From: an uncultured Nitrososphaerota archaeon
Lineage (GTDB): Archaea; Thermoproteota; Nitrososphaeria; Nitrososphaerales; CADDZS01
Direction: 5' to 3'
DNA length: 64,000 bases
Assembly (NCBI GenBank): GCA_963799845.1
Contig: CAWCYI010000006.1
Span: forward strand, 960,001 to 1,024,000
The position numbers and the translations under genes were made by a program. Below the pieces are notes generated by a model. The model was not told the origin of the DNA and did not search any database. It saw only the letters and a list, made by a program, of their open reading frames with translations. The first letter of the stretch is position 1. Every line of letters begins with the position of its first letter. Below, piece by piece: positions 1 through 10,483 of this stretch.

Positions 1-912
1 GATGTGCTTCAGGTAGACTCTTTTGACAGCAGAATCCGTCTTGGCTTTCACGGCTCCACTCACTGCGCATGTTAGAGCGTACTTCAATATGACGTCGCCG
101 TGCTTTACGTGTTCGTGGTGGGACTCACGCTCTCCACTGTTGTCAGCACCTGGAACGACTCCGGCATACGAGCAGAGATGTTTCTTTGTGGGGAACCTTG
201 AAGCGTCTCCTATTCTTGCCTTGATGGCTACTGCGGTGAAAGCATTGATGCCAGGGTGACTGAACAGAAGCTGGCAGTCTTCGTCTGAGGCTGCCATCTT
301 TGCAATCTCGGTCTCAACCTCCGTATGCTGGGTTGCATAGAACTTGAGCTCCGAAAGATGCAATGCGAGAGCCAGCCTGTCTTGCTTTGGAAGCTCTATC
401 TCTCCGAGCTTTTGAAGACCTCCGTTACTGAACACGTCAGAGAATTCTGAGAACTCGCTCTGGACCATGTTTCTCTCCAGTAGAGCTTGGATCTGGTTCT
501 TTACTCTCGATATCTTTGCGCCAATCTCTATCTGTTGGGTCACAAGAAAGCGCATGTCTTCTATGTACTGTGAGGGAACGTAGCACCTTCTCAAGTAGCC
601 CAGTGCATCCTCCTTGACGATACGCTCGCAGTCTCTCTTATCGGTTTTCACAGATGCTTTCTTCTCTGGTGGCGCAACCATGTGAATCACGTGCTGGTTT
701 GATGCGAAAGAAGAAATCATTCTCGTGACCGCCTTTCCAGTTGTGCTAGATTCGATGACAAATACAGATTTGTCCGGAATCTTTGCTAGCATCTCAGAGA
801 CTCCTGCCCTGCTCGTCTTGAAGACGAAGGATTGTATGGGTGACTCTTCTCCGTCCGCGAAGACCTGCGTGGTGCAGCTCTTCTTATGTGCGTCTATTCC
901 GACTCTCGTCAT
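1..912 (-). CDS. IS110-family DEDD recombinase/transposase, runs off the window start
   Basis: Manual translation from ATG at 912: MTRVGIDAHKK...FVIESS...VKTDKRD...PGINAFTA...RFPTKKHLCSYAGVVPGADNSG. These are RuvC-like DEDD and Transposase_20 motifs. Absent from the ORF track because there is no stop in the window. Confidence 0.93.
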   Translation of the reverse strand, partial: MTRVGIDAHKKSCTTQVFADGEESPIQSFVFKTSRAGVSEMLAKIPDKSVFVIESSTTGKAVTRMISSFASNQHVIHMVAPPEKKASVKTDKRDCERIVKEDALGYLRRCYVPSQYIEDMRFLVTQQIEIGAKISRVKNQIQALLERNMVQSEFSEFSDVFSNGGLQKLGEIELPKQDRLALALHLSELKFYATQHTEVETEIAKMAASDEDCQLLFSHPGINAFTAVAIKARIGDASRFPTKKHLCSYAGVVPGADNSGERESHHEHVKHGDVILKYALTCAVSGAVKAKTDSAVKRVYLKHI

Positions 913-953
913 TGGTTTCGATTCATACTCCTATTGTTTGACTGGTTGTTTGC

Positions 954-1106
954 GTCATGGATCCCAGACCGACAATCTCCCGTACGTCCATTATGGACAA
1001 GCGGGCCGGTCGTTTCGATCATCGTCAATTGTGACGATGACTGTGCAGCCATGCTGGGGAACATGCACAAGGCACAAGAGATTCGAAGGCTGCGGGGATC
1101 CATGAC
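954..1106 (-). ncRNA. Putative bridge RNA of IS110 element 1
   Basis: 12-bp closing inverted repeat GTCATGGATCCC (954-965) / GGGATCCATGAC (1095-1106). Two internal stems (GCAGCC/GGCTGC and GACCG/CCGGTC) have loops matching the junction at 1160-1171. Confidence 0.7.
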
Positions 1107-1328
1107 CACAACTCCAGCTGTCTCTTGCTGGAGGGGAGAGGCTAATCTAAGATTTTCATGCCCGCTGGGGATTCGCACCTAATTAGGTACCAGTACCAAA
1201 GAATCGTTTTATGGCAAGGAAATAGCCGAAATGGTAAAAATAATATGAGGTTCCACGTGGGGATTTGACTCGGATAACTTAGCTTAGTGAATCGATGTAT
1301 ATTTGTCGTTACTTATCTGAAACCTCAC

Positions 1329-1385
1329 GTGCGGGGGTCCCACATTCCGCGCCCGGAATCTTATCCTTTTGTGATTATTTACTAG
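1329..1385. repeat. REP-like repeat unit GTGCGGGGGTCCCACATT...TTTACTAG (left flank of IS110 element 2)
   Basis: The same GTGCGGGGGTCCCACAT motif recurs at ~2587 and ~8013, each next to a TTTACTAG(TAAA) palindrome. Confidence 0.8.
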
Positions 1386-1433
1386 GTGACATGATCGACA
1401 GAGTTAACGGAAGGTAAAGCCACAGCCAAGCAC

Positions 1434-2414
1434 ATGTACGCAGCTATAGATCTTCATCAAAGAACCGTCCAGCTGAGTACTCAAGGACGAAAGAGGACAG
1501 ATTGCAGGTGAGACGAAAATTGGCAAGGATGCAAGGAGCATACTCGAGTTTCTCGATGGCACTGACGCCAGAGTAGTCATGGAATCGGGCTACAACCATG
1601 AACACATCTACGATCTCCTCAAAGAAGAGGGATACGATGTTAAGGTAGCTCATCCGCTGTTGGTTAAGGCGATCGCCTACGCAAAGGTGAAAAATGACAA
1701 GGTGGACGCAAGGATGCTCGCAGATTTATTGAGACTAGACATGATTCCAGAGTGCTACATTCCAAGGAAAGAGACGAGAGAACTAAGAGACCTCGCAAGG
1801 AGGAGGCACTATTTCGTCTCGACAAGAACCACGTTCAAAAACAAAATCCATGCTGAGCTCAGCAGGAGATGGATTGATTACAGCAAAACAGATCTCTTCA
1901 CGCAGGTCGGAAGAGACCATCTAAAATCCCTTCATATTGCAGCAGTAGATGACTATCTCGACTCGATAGAGTTCCTAGATGCGAAAATAAAGGAGCTTGA
2001 CAGCCAAATCAAGGAACAGGCTCTTCAAGACAAGTACGCAAAACTACTTGTGACGGTGCCTGGAATATCTTACTACGGAGCTCTGCTAATCTCGAGCGAG
2101 ATTGCAGGACATCAATAGATTCCCAGATGCCGAACACTTGTGCTCGTACGCAAAATTAGCTCCTGGAACACACCAATCGGGAGAGACTCAATTCCAGAAA
2201 CCAGATCGAAAAGGAAATCGCATGCTCAACTGGATAATGATCCAGTGCGCACACATCCACGTCCTAAACTGCAATTCATCTATAACCAGGCATTACAACA
2301 AAATCAAGGAGACAAAAGGAGCAAAGATCGCTATCGTCGCAGCGGCGAGAAAGCTCGACGTGCGCAATCTACATGATGCTGAAGGAAGAAAGAGCCTTCA
2401 GGCTGGACGGCTAA
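1434..2414 (+). CDS. IS110-family recombinase/transposase, frameshifted (3 breaks)
   Basis: MYAAIDLHQR / VVMES / VKNDKVDA / VPGISYYGA..SEI / RFPDAEHLCSYAKLAP..HQSG / AIVAAARKL / AIYMMLKEERAF. Joins ORFs 1579..2118 and 2102..2470. Confidence 0.9.
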
Positions 2415-2422
2415 ACCATAGA

Positions 2423-2567
2423 CTGGGCTCGAGAATTTACTGCATCGCCAGGATGCGTTTACTAGGATGAGCCAAAGGCAATAAGCGAAAGCCACAATGT
2501 TCCATTTGGGAACGAATGGGAGTATGCTCGTCCAGCATAGGAATGGATATTAGGTGATAGAGCCCAG
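2423..2567 (+). ncRNA. Putative bridge (seek) RNA of IS110 element 2
   Basis: Closing stem CTGGGCTC/GAGCCCAG. Loop GAATTTACT-[GCATC hairpin]-TTTACTAG matches both target flanks. ATGGGAG (2516-2522) matches the element right end. Confidence 0.8.
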
Positions 2568-2579
2568 CCGACATGGGAG

Positions 2580-2649
2580 TAAATTCGTGCGGGGGTCCCA
2601 CATTGGGCACACGGAATTATCCGTTCTTTGGAATTTACTAGTAAAATTG
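2580..2649. repeat. REP-like repeat unit (right flank of IS110 element 2)
   Basis: TAAATTCGTGCGGGGGTCCCACATT...GGAATTATCC...TTTACTAGTAAAATTG, a tandem homologue of 1329-1385. Confidence 0.8.
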
Positions 2650-2727
2650 TGTGTGACAATCCCATCGACCGACCTTCCCTGGCCCTTATCAATTAGAGCT
2701 GGAAAAGCTAATCATATTCAGACAAAG

Positions 2728-5700
2728 TCACCAACGTATTGGAGTCTGCGAAGGACTCGGCTGAGGTAATCCTAACCGCCTGATGAACGAATCCCATCTT
2801 CGATCCTCCCGCACGGGAGCAAACAACGGTAATAATCTAAGGTCCAAAAGGTAGCTTCCATGCTGCGTAAAAAGGGAGTGATCTTCCCGCGCCTCTTCGA
2901 GAAGACGGAAGCCTTCGTCTTTCTTTCCTAGCGAAAAGTATACCTGCGCTATCTTCATTTTAGAGATATATTCGCCCTTGGAGCTCTCTTCGAGCTCTCT
3001 GAGAATTTTACTAGCTTCCTCTCTTTGACCCACAAACCCTAGTGCAATAGCCAGATCGGCCTTCCATATCGGATCACCCCCAGACATTGTCACCGCCTTT
3101 CGAAATTCACTGATCCCTTCCTCCGTTCTGGAATCACAATAGTACGCCCAGCCAAGAGCGCTGTGATTAGGTGGATATTCAGGATCTACCTTTAGTGCAG
3201 TTTCAAGCTGTTCCACGGCCTCGCCAGGTCTACCAGCGTAAAAAGGAACTGCGGCCAGATTCAAGTTTCCAGGGCGAAGGAGCGGATCAAGTTCGACTGC
3301 CAACTTTATCTGTTCTCGGGCCTCTTCAAATCTTGTAAGAAAACCGAGCAACAGTCCATACCACATATGGGCTTTAGCGTAGCTTGGCTTGAGTTCGAGA
3401 GCGATTTTGTATTCAGCTTCAGATTCCTTCCACTTGCCTTCGTAATCGTTGAATACATCTGCGAGTGTAGTATGCGGCTCAGCCAGCCTTGGATCTATTT
3501 CTATGGATTTTAGCGCGTATTGTTTAGCCTTCGGAAATGAATCTTCCGGTTTCATCCAGGTGCGAGAACCATAAAGTATGTAGCAATCTGCTAGTCCGGA
3601 ATAAGCTAGTGCATATTTGGAGTCCAACTTGGCTGCCTCCTCGAAGTATCTTACCCCTTTATCCGTACTTTCTCTTGTTCTCTCCTCCCAGAAGTAACGT
3701 CCTCTTAGGTAGAGCATGTAGGCTTGTGTGTTTCCAGTTGCCCTCATTTCTAGATCCCTTTTTTCGACTGATAGCAACTGGACCGTCAAAGCCTGGGAGA
3801 CGTTCATGGCAATCTCTTTCTGTACTCCGAAGACGCTATCCAGCTTCCTATCATAGTCCTGGGACCACAGATGTTCATCGCTACGGGTGTCAATCAGTTG
3901 CACAGTTATTCTTAAGTTGTCGGAGTCTTTTCTCACAGTGCCTTCAAGAATACTTCCAACGTGCAGCTCCTCAGAAATTTCTTCGATATTCTTGCTGGTA
4001 GTCTTGTAGCGCATTATGGAAGTCCGAGAGATCACTTTGAGCCCTCGGATCTTGGACAGATTGGATATTATTTCATCAGTCATACCATCAGCAAAATACT
4101 CATCCCCAGAATCCGGACTGATGTTTGCAAATGGCAGGACTGCAACACGGTGAATATCAAGCTGGTCGCCGGGTTTCTTCGAATCCGGTCTGCTCTCTTC
4201 CACGGGGAGCTCTATCTTGTAAACATTTTCTTGGGCTTGGAGCCCAATTTTCTTCATGAACGCGACAAATCTCGGGTCTTTTTTCATGCCACTAAACCAT
4301 GGCCACCAGTTGAGATAGGGAATCGTGTTTGACCTTTCCTGGTAGGCTTTCTCAAGGTAAGTGAACCCTTCATCGATTCTTCCGGCACCGAAGAGAGCAT
4401 AGGCTATTAGCCCACTGTCAACATAAGAGGTGTTGGAAAGCGCAATTAGCTCTTGTACTACTTCACTTGCTTCGTCGTGCTTCCCAGAGAATCCAAGCAA
4501 ACAAGCGAGATGAGCCCTGCAATTTGGATCTTCATGGGATATTTCGACAGACTTGCGAACTGCTCTGATGGCTTCGTCTATCCGTGATGCCATGTAATAT
4601 GCCCAGCCAAGCCAAACATATGCAAAGGCATAATCTTGATTTTCTTCGATGACCTTTTCGAATTGCCTAATGGCCTCGCTGATTTTGCCATTCGCATATA
4701 ATACCTCACCCACGTTAACCCCGATTACACGTGACAGCGGGTCAAGCTCATGAGCACGCGCGATATTCGTGTATGCTTCGTCTAGTCTGCCTTGTGAACG
4801 AAGGATGAGTGATAGCCAGTGGTAAGCTGTCGCGTAGCTGGGATTAAGCTCGATAGCCCGTTTCAACTCTATCTCCCCCTCGTTCCACTTGAAATCATAA
4901 TTTGAGAGCGCTATTCCGAAGGAAGCGTGTGGTTCGGCTAATCGAGGATCCAACGAAATAGCCTGCAACGAAAACTCCTTGACTCGCAGAAACGCTTCTT
5001 TGGGAGCCAGCCATAGATAGTCGGCATAGATGATGTAGCAATCTGCCAGCGCTCCATACGCTAGCCCAAATCTAGCGTCAAGCCCAATCGCTTTTTCGAA
5101 GTATTTTACGGCCTTGTCGACTGCTTCTCTGCTTCTCTCGTTGAGGTAGTATCTTCCCTTCAGGAACAATGTGTAAGCTTCATCACTCTTCGTGGGAAGG
5201 TTATTTTCGATTTCCTTTTTTTCTTTTGAAAAGAGGTTGATCTCAAGAGCGGCAGCTACTCGCTGGGCAATCTCGCTCTGAATAGCGAAAATGTCTTCGA
5301 GCTCTTTGTCGTAGCTTTGATTCCAAAGATGTACGTCACTAATCGAATCAATGAGCTGTGTTGTAATTCTTAATTTGTTGCCCGATTTCCTCACACTCCC
5401 TTCCAGGATTTTTCCCACGTTGAGCTCTTTTCCTATTTCCGTTGCAGTTTTCTTCGAATTTTTGAACTTCATCGCAGAAGTTCTGGAAATTACGATCAGG
5501 TTTGGAATTTTTGACACCGAGGAGATCATTTCCTCGGTCATGCCGTCAGCGAAGTACTCGTCATTGGGATCCTGACTCATGTTCGCGAAGGGGAGGACTG
5601 CGATCCTATTGCTGTCGATTTTTCCCTTTGGCTCTAATCCTCTTTCATCCCAAGGGAGATCGATCTTGTACACCTCAATCGGGAGAATCTACATTCTTGA

Positions 5701-6568
5701 GTAATTTTTCTCCCAAGCTGGTAAATGTCAAATCAATCTTATTTCGCACTTGATCGTAAACCTGTCGCGTCAAACAGACACCACCACTATCTGCAAGAGG
5801 TTCAATCCTGGAAGCTACATTGACTGCATCACCAAAAATGTCCCCACCGTATTCGACGACGTCTCCAAGATGGATCCCAATCCTTAAACTGAACCTTTTA
5901 TCGACGGGCAGAACAATATTGAATTCCCTCACAGCTCTCTGAATATCATACCCACACCTCACGCCATTTAGGGCATCTGGGAACTGTACTAAAAATGCAT
6001 CCCCGATCATTTTCACTATCGTTCCTCCATGCCTTTGGAATATGGGTCGGAGCAGTTTACTGCTTTCTTGAAGTAGAGCAAGTGAAATCGACTCATCTTT
6101 TTGTCCCAGCGCCGTGAAGCCCACCATATCGGTAAACATTATTGTAGCAAGATGACGGTGACCTTGTTCTAAGATCTGTTTTTCCTGGTTCGATACTTCA
6201 TGGACTTGGGGAACTATGGCTGCTTCGATTTCTTGATCTGTGCGCTGCGATTGTATTCTTTTTTGTATCGCAGCTCTGGGATCAGAAATTCTGAACCGCA
6301 TCACTTCACCATCGCGGCCGCGCTCGCCCTCGATGTACCTCATCTCAATCAGACCATTCGTTATGAGATCTTGAAGATCCGTGCCGACCTGTCCTGGTCT
6401 TTTGCCATACAGGGTGTTGGGGACAGATCCAGTCCCCTCCGCGATCTGAACCAGACTCCTCCACCCGCATCGATCCAGCGGGATTCTCAATACCTCGTCA
6501 TCTTTCACATAGGCATCTTTCAGAAATTCAAATAGCCGCTTTGACTTTGAATCTCTGAATTCTTCCAA
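2728..6568 (-). CDS. wHTH-like domain + class III adenylate cyclase + two TolB-like/TPR modules (frameshift near 5675)
   Basis: Cyclase motifs MFTDMVGFT, VKMIGDA, RIGIHLGDV, DIFGDAVNVASRIE. Two copies of AVLPFAN(M/I)S..EYFADGMT..VISRTS, each followed by TPR repeats. ORFs 5675..6568 and 2728..5673 abut out of frame. Confidence 0.9.
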
Positions 6569-6842
6569 ACCGTGTTCTCTTGAAAATCACGTGTAAGGCA
6601 TAAAAAAAGTTAAGCAGAATTATCGACAGAAAAGCCCCCTTTTGATGCCGCTGCTTGAGAGAAGAGACCAGGTCGAGAACATTCTCGAAAAACTGAAGCG
6701 GTATTTCACAAAAGGCAGTTACATTTAGTTGAATTCCACAGGTTTTCGGCACAGAGCAACTCGCTGGGGATCGAATTACTTACTGCGTTGCTGAGTCTGG
6801 ATACGAACAGAGGGGTCCTGGGAGTCAGAGTTGAACGAGTTA

Positions 6843-7966
6843 ACCTGGCCGACATAAATTATTAGACTGAAAGGGCCACAGACCTAGACATTCTCATTTT
6901 TGGCCAACTTCCCTTCCTATCTCAGGTTGTATGTCTCGATTACAGGCACCGAAGGAGATTGTTGAAGAGGCTTATAGAGAGGAGAGGGACGCAAACGTAA
7001 GCAAGAGGATATTCCTCGTTCTGAAGGTCAAGTACGAGGGTGTCCCGGCGTCGCACGTAGCAAGGGAAGTTCACCGGCACAAATCATGGACGACACCGTG
7101 GCTTAGACGTTTCGAGAAAGATGGGCTAGAAGGACTCAAGACGATGGAAAGGAGCGGGAGACCTCCGAAGCTCGATCACAACAAGTTCATTGCGGTGAAG
7201 AGGAAGGTCGTGAAGAACGAATGCGGCTGGACCGTGAAGGAGGTCAGGGAGATGATCCGCAAGGAAGCAGACGTGGCATACACTGAGAGACACATCTACA
7301 GGTTGATGCAGAAGTGGGGAGTGAGAGCAATTGTCCCTGACAAGAGGTTACTTCACAAGGCTTCCCTCGAAGAGAGGCTCGAATTTAAAAAAGGACCGCA
7401 AGACTCCTCAGGAATATCCCGGAAGGCTTCACCGTAGCATCCGAAGACGAATCAATCTTCGTCCAGAACATAGAAACCAAAAGGGTGTGGGCGGTCAAAG
7501 GGATTCGACCGATTCGGATTGTGTCAGGCTCGCACGGCAACACCGTGGTGTTTGGAGCGATCAGCCTGGACGGGACACAAATCTTCAGGCAGTACGAGAA
7601 ATTCAATGGCGAGACATTCCTCGACTACCTGAAGAAGGTGCACAGGAAGTTTGGATCACTCTATCTCTTCCTTGACAAAGCAAGGCAACACCACAAAACC
7701 AGGATCGTAACTGATTATTTGGGTAAGAACAGGAAGACTCTCAGAGTCAGATGGATCCCGACAGCTTCGCCAGAGTTCAACATGATGGAGGAGTGTTGGC
7801 GCGAGGGTGAGAAGGATCTCTCAAGGCTTCCAACCTTTCCGACGTCATTGAAAGAACTGAAATCAATCCTGGCAGAATACTATCGAACGCGAAGGTTTTG
7901 CTCGCATCTTGACATGAAGAAATTCCTTCTGACCAACAGGTGTCTATGAACTTATGTCGGCCAGGT
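6843..7966 (+). mobile_element. IS630-family insertion sequence
   Basis: Terminal inverted repeats ACCTGGCCGACATAA / TTATGTCGGCCAGGT with a duplicated TA at 6841-6842 and 7967-7968. Confidence 0.95.
6931..7949 (+). CDS. IS630 transposase, two ORFs joined by a probable programmed -1 frameshift
   Basis: HTH ORF 6931..7437 (RSGRPPKL) and DDE ORF (SEDES, LFLDKA..H, SPEFNMMEECW). Slippery TTTAAAAAAG at 7384-7393. Confidence 0.92.
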
Positions 7967-7992
7967 TAGTTCGGAATCCCATCGTAATTTGG

Positions 7993-8052
7993 CAATTTTT
8001 ACTAGTAAATCCGTGCGGGGGTCCCACATCTCGCATTCATGATTTACTAGGA
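7993..8052. repeat. REP-like repeat, intact (empty IS110 target)
   Basis: CAATTTTTACTAGTAAATCCGTGCGGGGGTCCCACAT...GATTTACTAGGAAA. Confidence 0.8.
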
Positions 8053-8168
8053 AAACTCATGTACGAATCCCGTACCTCGCAAACCCCTTTACCAACAAAG
8101 TCTAACTTGTATCATCTAAGAATATCCGACGATCGTAACAACAAATCATTGACGGCCTTCGCAACTAA

Positions 8169-10282
8169 TCAGACTGAGTCAGGAAAACCAATTTTTTTCA
8201 GCAAAGCCTGAAACCTGGGATCTGTTTGAAGAGCTTCTAAAGTAAGACGGCTTTTGATCACAGTAATCATACCCTGATGCTGATCATAAGCTCGCTCGAG
8301 CCACTCCATTGCCTTGTCCTTTTCACCTAAACTCAAGTAAACTGAGGCAATCGCTATATCTGACCTGTGACTTTGTTCACTCATTCTGAGCAAGTCGGCG
8401 AGTATGTCTCTAACCTGATCCATTTTTCCAGCTCTTGCGTAAGCATAGGCAAGATCACCCTTTGGCATCGCGTTATCACCAAAGATTTCTATGGCTATTT
8501 TGATTTCAGAAATTCCTTCCTCGATAATTCCCTTCTCAACGTATGCAATACCCAGATTTTGGTGAGCCAGAGGTGAATTAGGATCTAGTTCAATAGCGTT
8601 TCTCAACAATTTTATAGCCTCGTCATAATGGCGCGACCCATTAAGCGCAGTTCCTGCCCAGGTGCAGGTAAAAGCTGACAACGGATCTAATTCCAAAGCA
8701 CGTTTACATTCCAAAACAGATTCCTGAAATCTACTCAAAAACATAAACGCAACTGCGAGGTCTAAATGACCATCCGCAAGGTTGGGATTTAGTTCGAGGG
8801 CTCGCCTGAATTCGATTTCCGCACTTCGAAAATCCCATTTATGCATAAACAGAACGAGCCCGAGTGCAAGATGAGATTGAGGAACGGAATAATCCAATTG
8901 GATTGCTCTTTCGGCAAACCGCTCGGCCTGAGGGTAGACTTCTTTCGACGGAAGAAGTTCGAAAAAGCCAATGTAAGCATAACTTCGGGCAATCTCGGCG
9001 TAGGCTTGCGCGTAATTCGGATCCTTTTGAATTGCCTGCTCGTAATAATCTATAGCTCTTCTGTAGGAATCAAGAACCGTTCGATGCCTGTAAGTACGGC
9101 CCTTCAGGTACAAAGTGTAAGCTTCCAAGTTATCGGTTGGTCTCTTTGCTAACTCCTTGCTTTCCTTCGCTAGAATGGTGATCTGGAGTGAGTCAGCGAC
9201 CTTTTGAGCGATCTCTTTCTGTATTGAAAACACATTCTCGAATTTTCTATCATAATCCTGAGACCACAGATGCTCGTCATTTTCGACATCGATTAGCTGT
9301 GCCGTAATCCGCAGATCGTCTGCCGCCTTCCTGACACTTCCTTCTAGTACCGCACCGACCTTCAATTCCTTCGCGATTTCTGAAAGACTCTTTTTCGTTT
9401 GTTTGTACCTCATGACTGAAGTACGGGAGATGACTTTCAGCCCACTAATTTTAGAAAGTGTCGAAATAAGTTCTTCAGTCATGCCATCGGCGAAGTACTC
9501 ATCGTTCGGGTGGGACTTATATTTGCAAATGGAATGATAGCAATTCGATTTTTGTCCAGAGTCATTGCTTTCGTTGGTTTCGTCGCCGCATTGATTGACA
9601 CTGCTATTACTGGCTTTCCTAGTGAGGGGATCGCGAATAATTCGCTTCGGGATTCGTCAACGGGGAACGCAATTACATCAGATTTAATCTTGATTCCTCT
9701 CATCTTGATTACGTGAAGCTCTCTTCGCCCTTCTTCGGTTTGTCCGAACGATACAACGCCCGCAAAGAGCTGCTCCAATGCCGCAAGCACTCTAGGCTCA
9801 TGCATCCCTTCTTCCAATGTAGCTAGTAAGACTGTGTCATATTTTTTCACTTCAAGAAAGAGTTGATCCAGAAATTTGTAAATTGTGTCGGGTGGGTTCA
9901 ACATCAGAAGTGGGGAACAAACGTCTAGAACGATTCTAGTTTTGCGTTCGCTATTCTTCTTCAAGAGTTCCTTTATGCCGAACGACAGTTTAGTTAGGTC
10001 ATTCCCGTCGTACTTCATCTGTCCTCCTTCAGCGGATATCCAATTAACTAACCCGTTCCCCTTTAATTGGAACCCAAGAGAACTAGCATCTTGGAGTACT
10101 TCTCGGACAGATAATCTCGTCACATACAGACAGAAATCGCCCTGATGAAGTCCTGTTTGGATAAATTTGTAACCGAGAACCTCTTTTCCAATTCCTGTGG
10201 ATCCCGTTACAAGAATGACTGACTTGTTAGGGTATCCATCCCCCAAGAGCTGATCGAGAGAAGCAAGCCCAGTCGAGAACAA
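8169..10282 (-). CDS. RAD55/KaiC-like ATPase fused to a TolB-like/TPR module (frameshift near 9500)
   Basis: STGLASLDQLLGDG..GSTGIGKE..RIVLD..IKMRG (RecA/KaiC fold), then IAIIPFANISP / EYFADGMTEELIS and TPRs. Confidence 0.88.
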
Positions 10283-10483
10283 GATTACTGCGGTTTCTCA
10301 GCGATGAGTCAGATAAACCTATCCTGCGATCGTTAATTCTTTGTAAGAAACTAAAAAGAAATGGTTCCTTGAAGATTTCGTTAAGTGAATTTCTCTCGGT
10401 TAAGCGTCTGATCGTTAAGAAGACGACAGACTTCATTAGTTAAGCCATAATCTTCAGGTTTTTTTCGTTGTATTCTTTGCGAT

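Larger units (their letters stand above)
1..1166 (-). mobile_element. IS110-family element 1 (partial) with a ~250-bp upstream non-coding end
   Basis: Transposase plus structured upstream region. The boundary is placed at the CT/AG core at 1165-1166, where the internal guide-like segments match the junction. Confidence 0.75.
1384..2579 (+). mobile_element. IS110-family element 2 (IS1111-like layout, 3' non-coding end)
   Basis: Junctions TTTACT-AG-gtgac (1378-1390) and catggg-AG-TAAATTC (2572-2586). Removing the element restores TTTACTAGTAAAT, seen intact at ~7998. Confidence 0.88.
6756..8008. repeat. ~130-bp dispersed repeat interrupted by IS630 (halves 6756-6842 and 7969-8008)
   Basis: Aligns with an uninterrupted copy at 61773-61898 (GATACGAACAGAGGGGTCCTGGGAGT...TCGGAATCCCATC.TAATTTGGCAATTTTTACTAGTAA). 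Confidence 0.85.

Noticed and set aside
725-1182. ORFs 725..1105, 886..1182 and 909..1178
   Set aside because: They overlap the IS110 gene antisense or its structured non-coding end and show no protein motifs.
1329-2649. CRISPR array (about 34-bp repeats with about 30-bp spacers)
   Set aside because: Only two to three units, the spacers resemble each other (GGAAT..TATCC), and there are no cas genes. It fits a tandem REP-like unit better.
9479-10282. Circadian KaiC clock gene
   Set aside because: A single degenerate domain fused to TPR, with no kaiA or kaiB.
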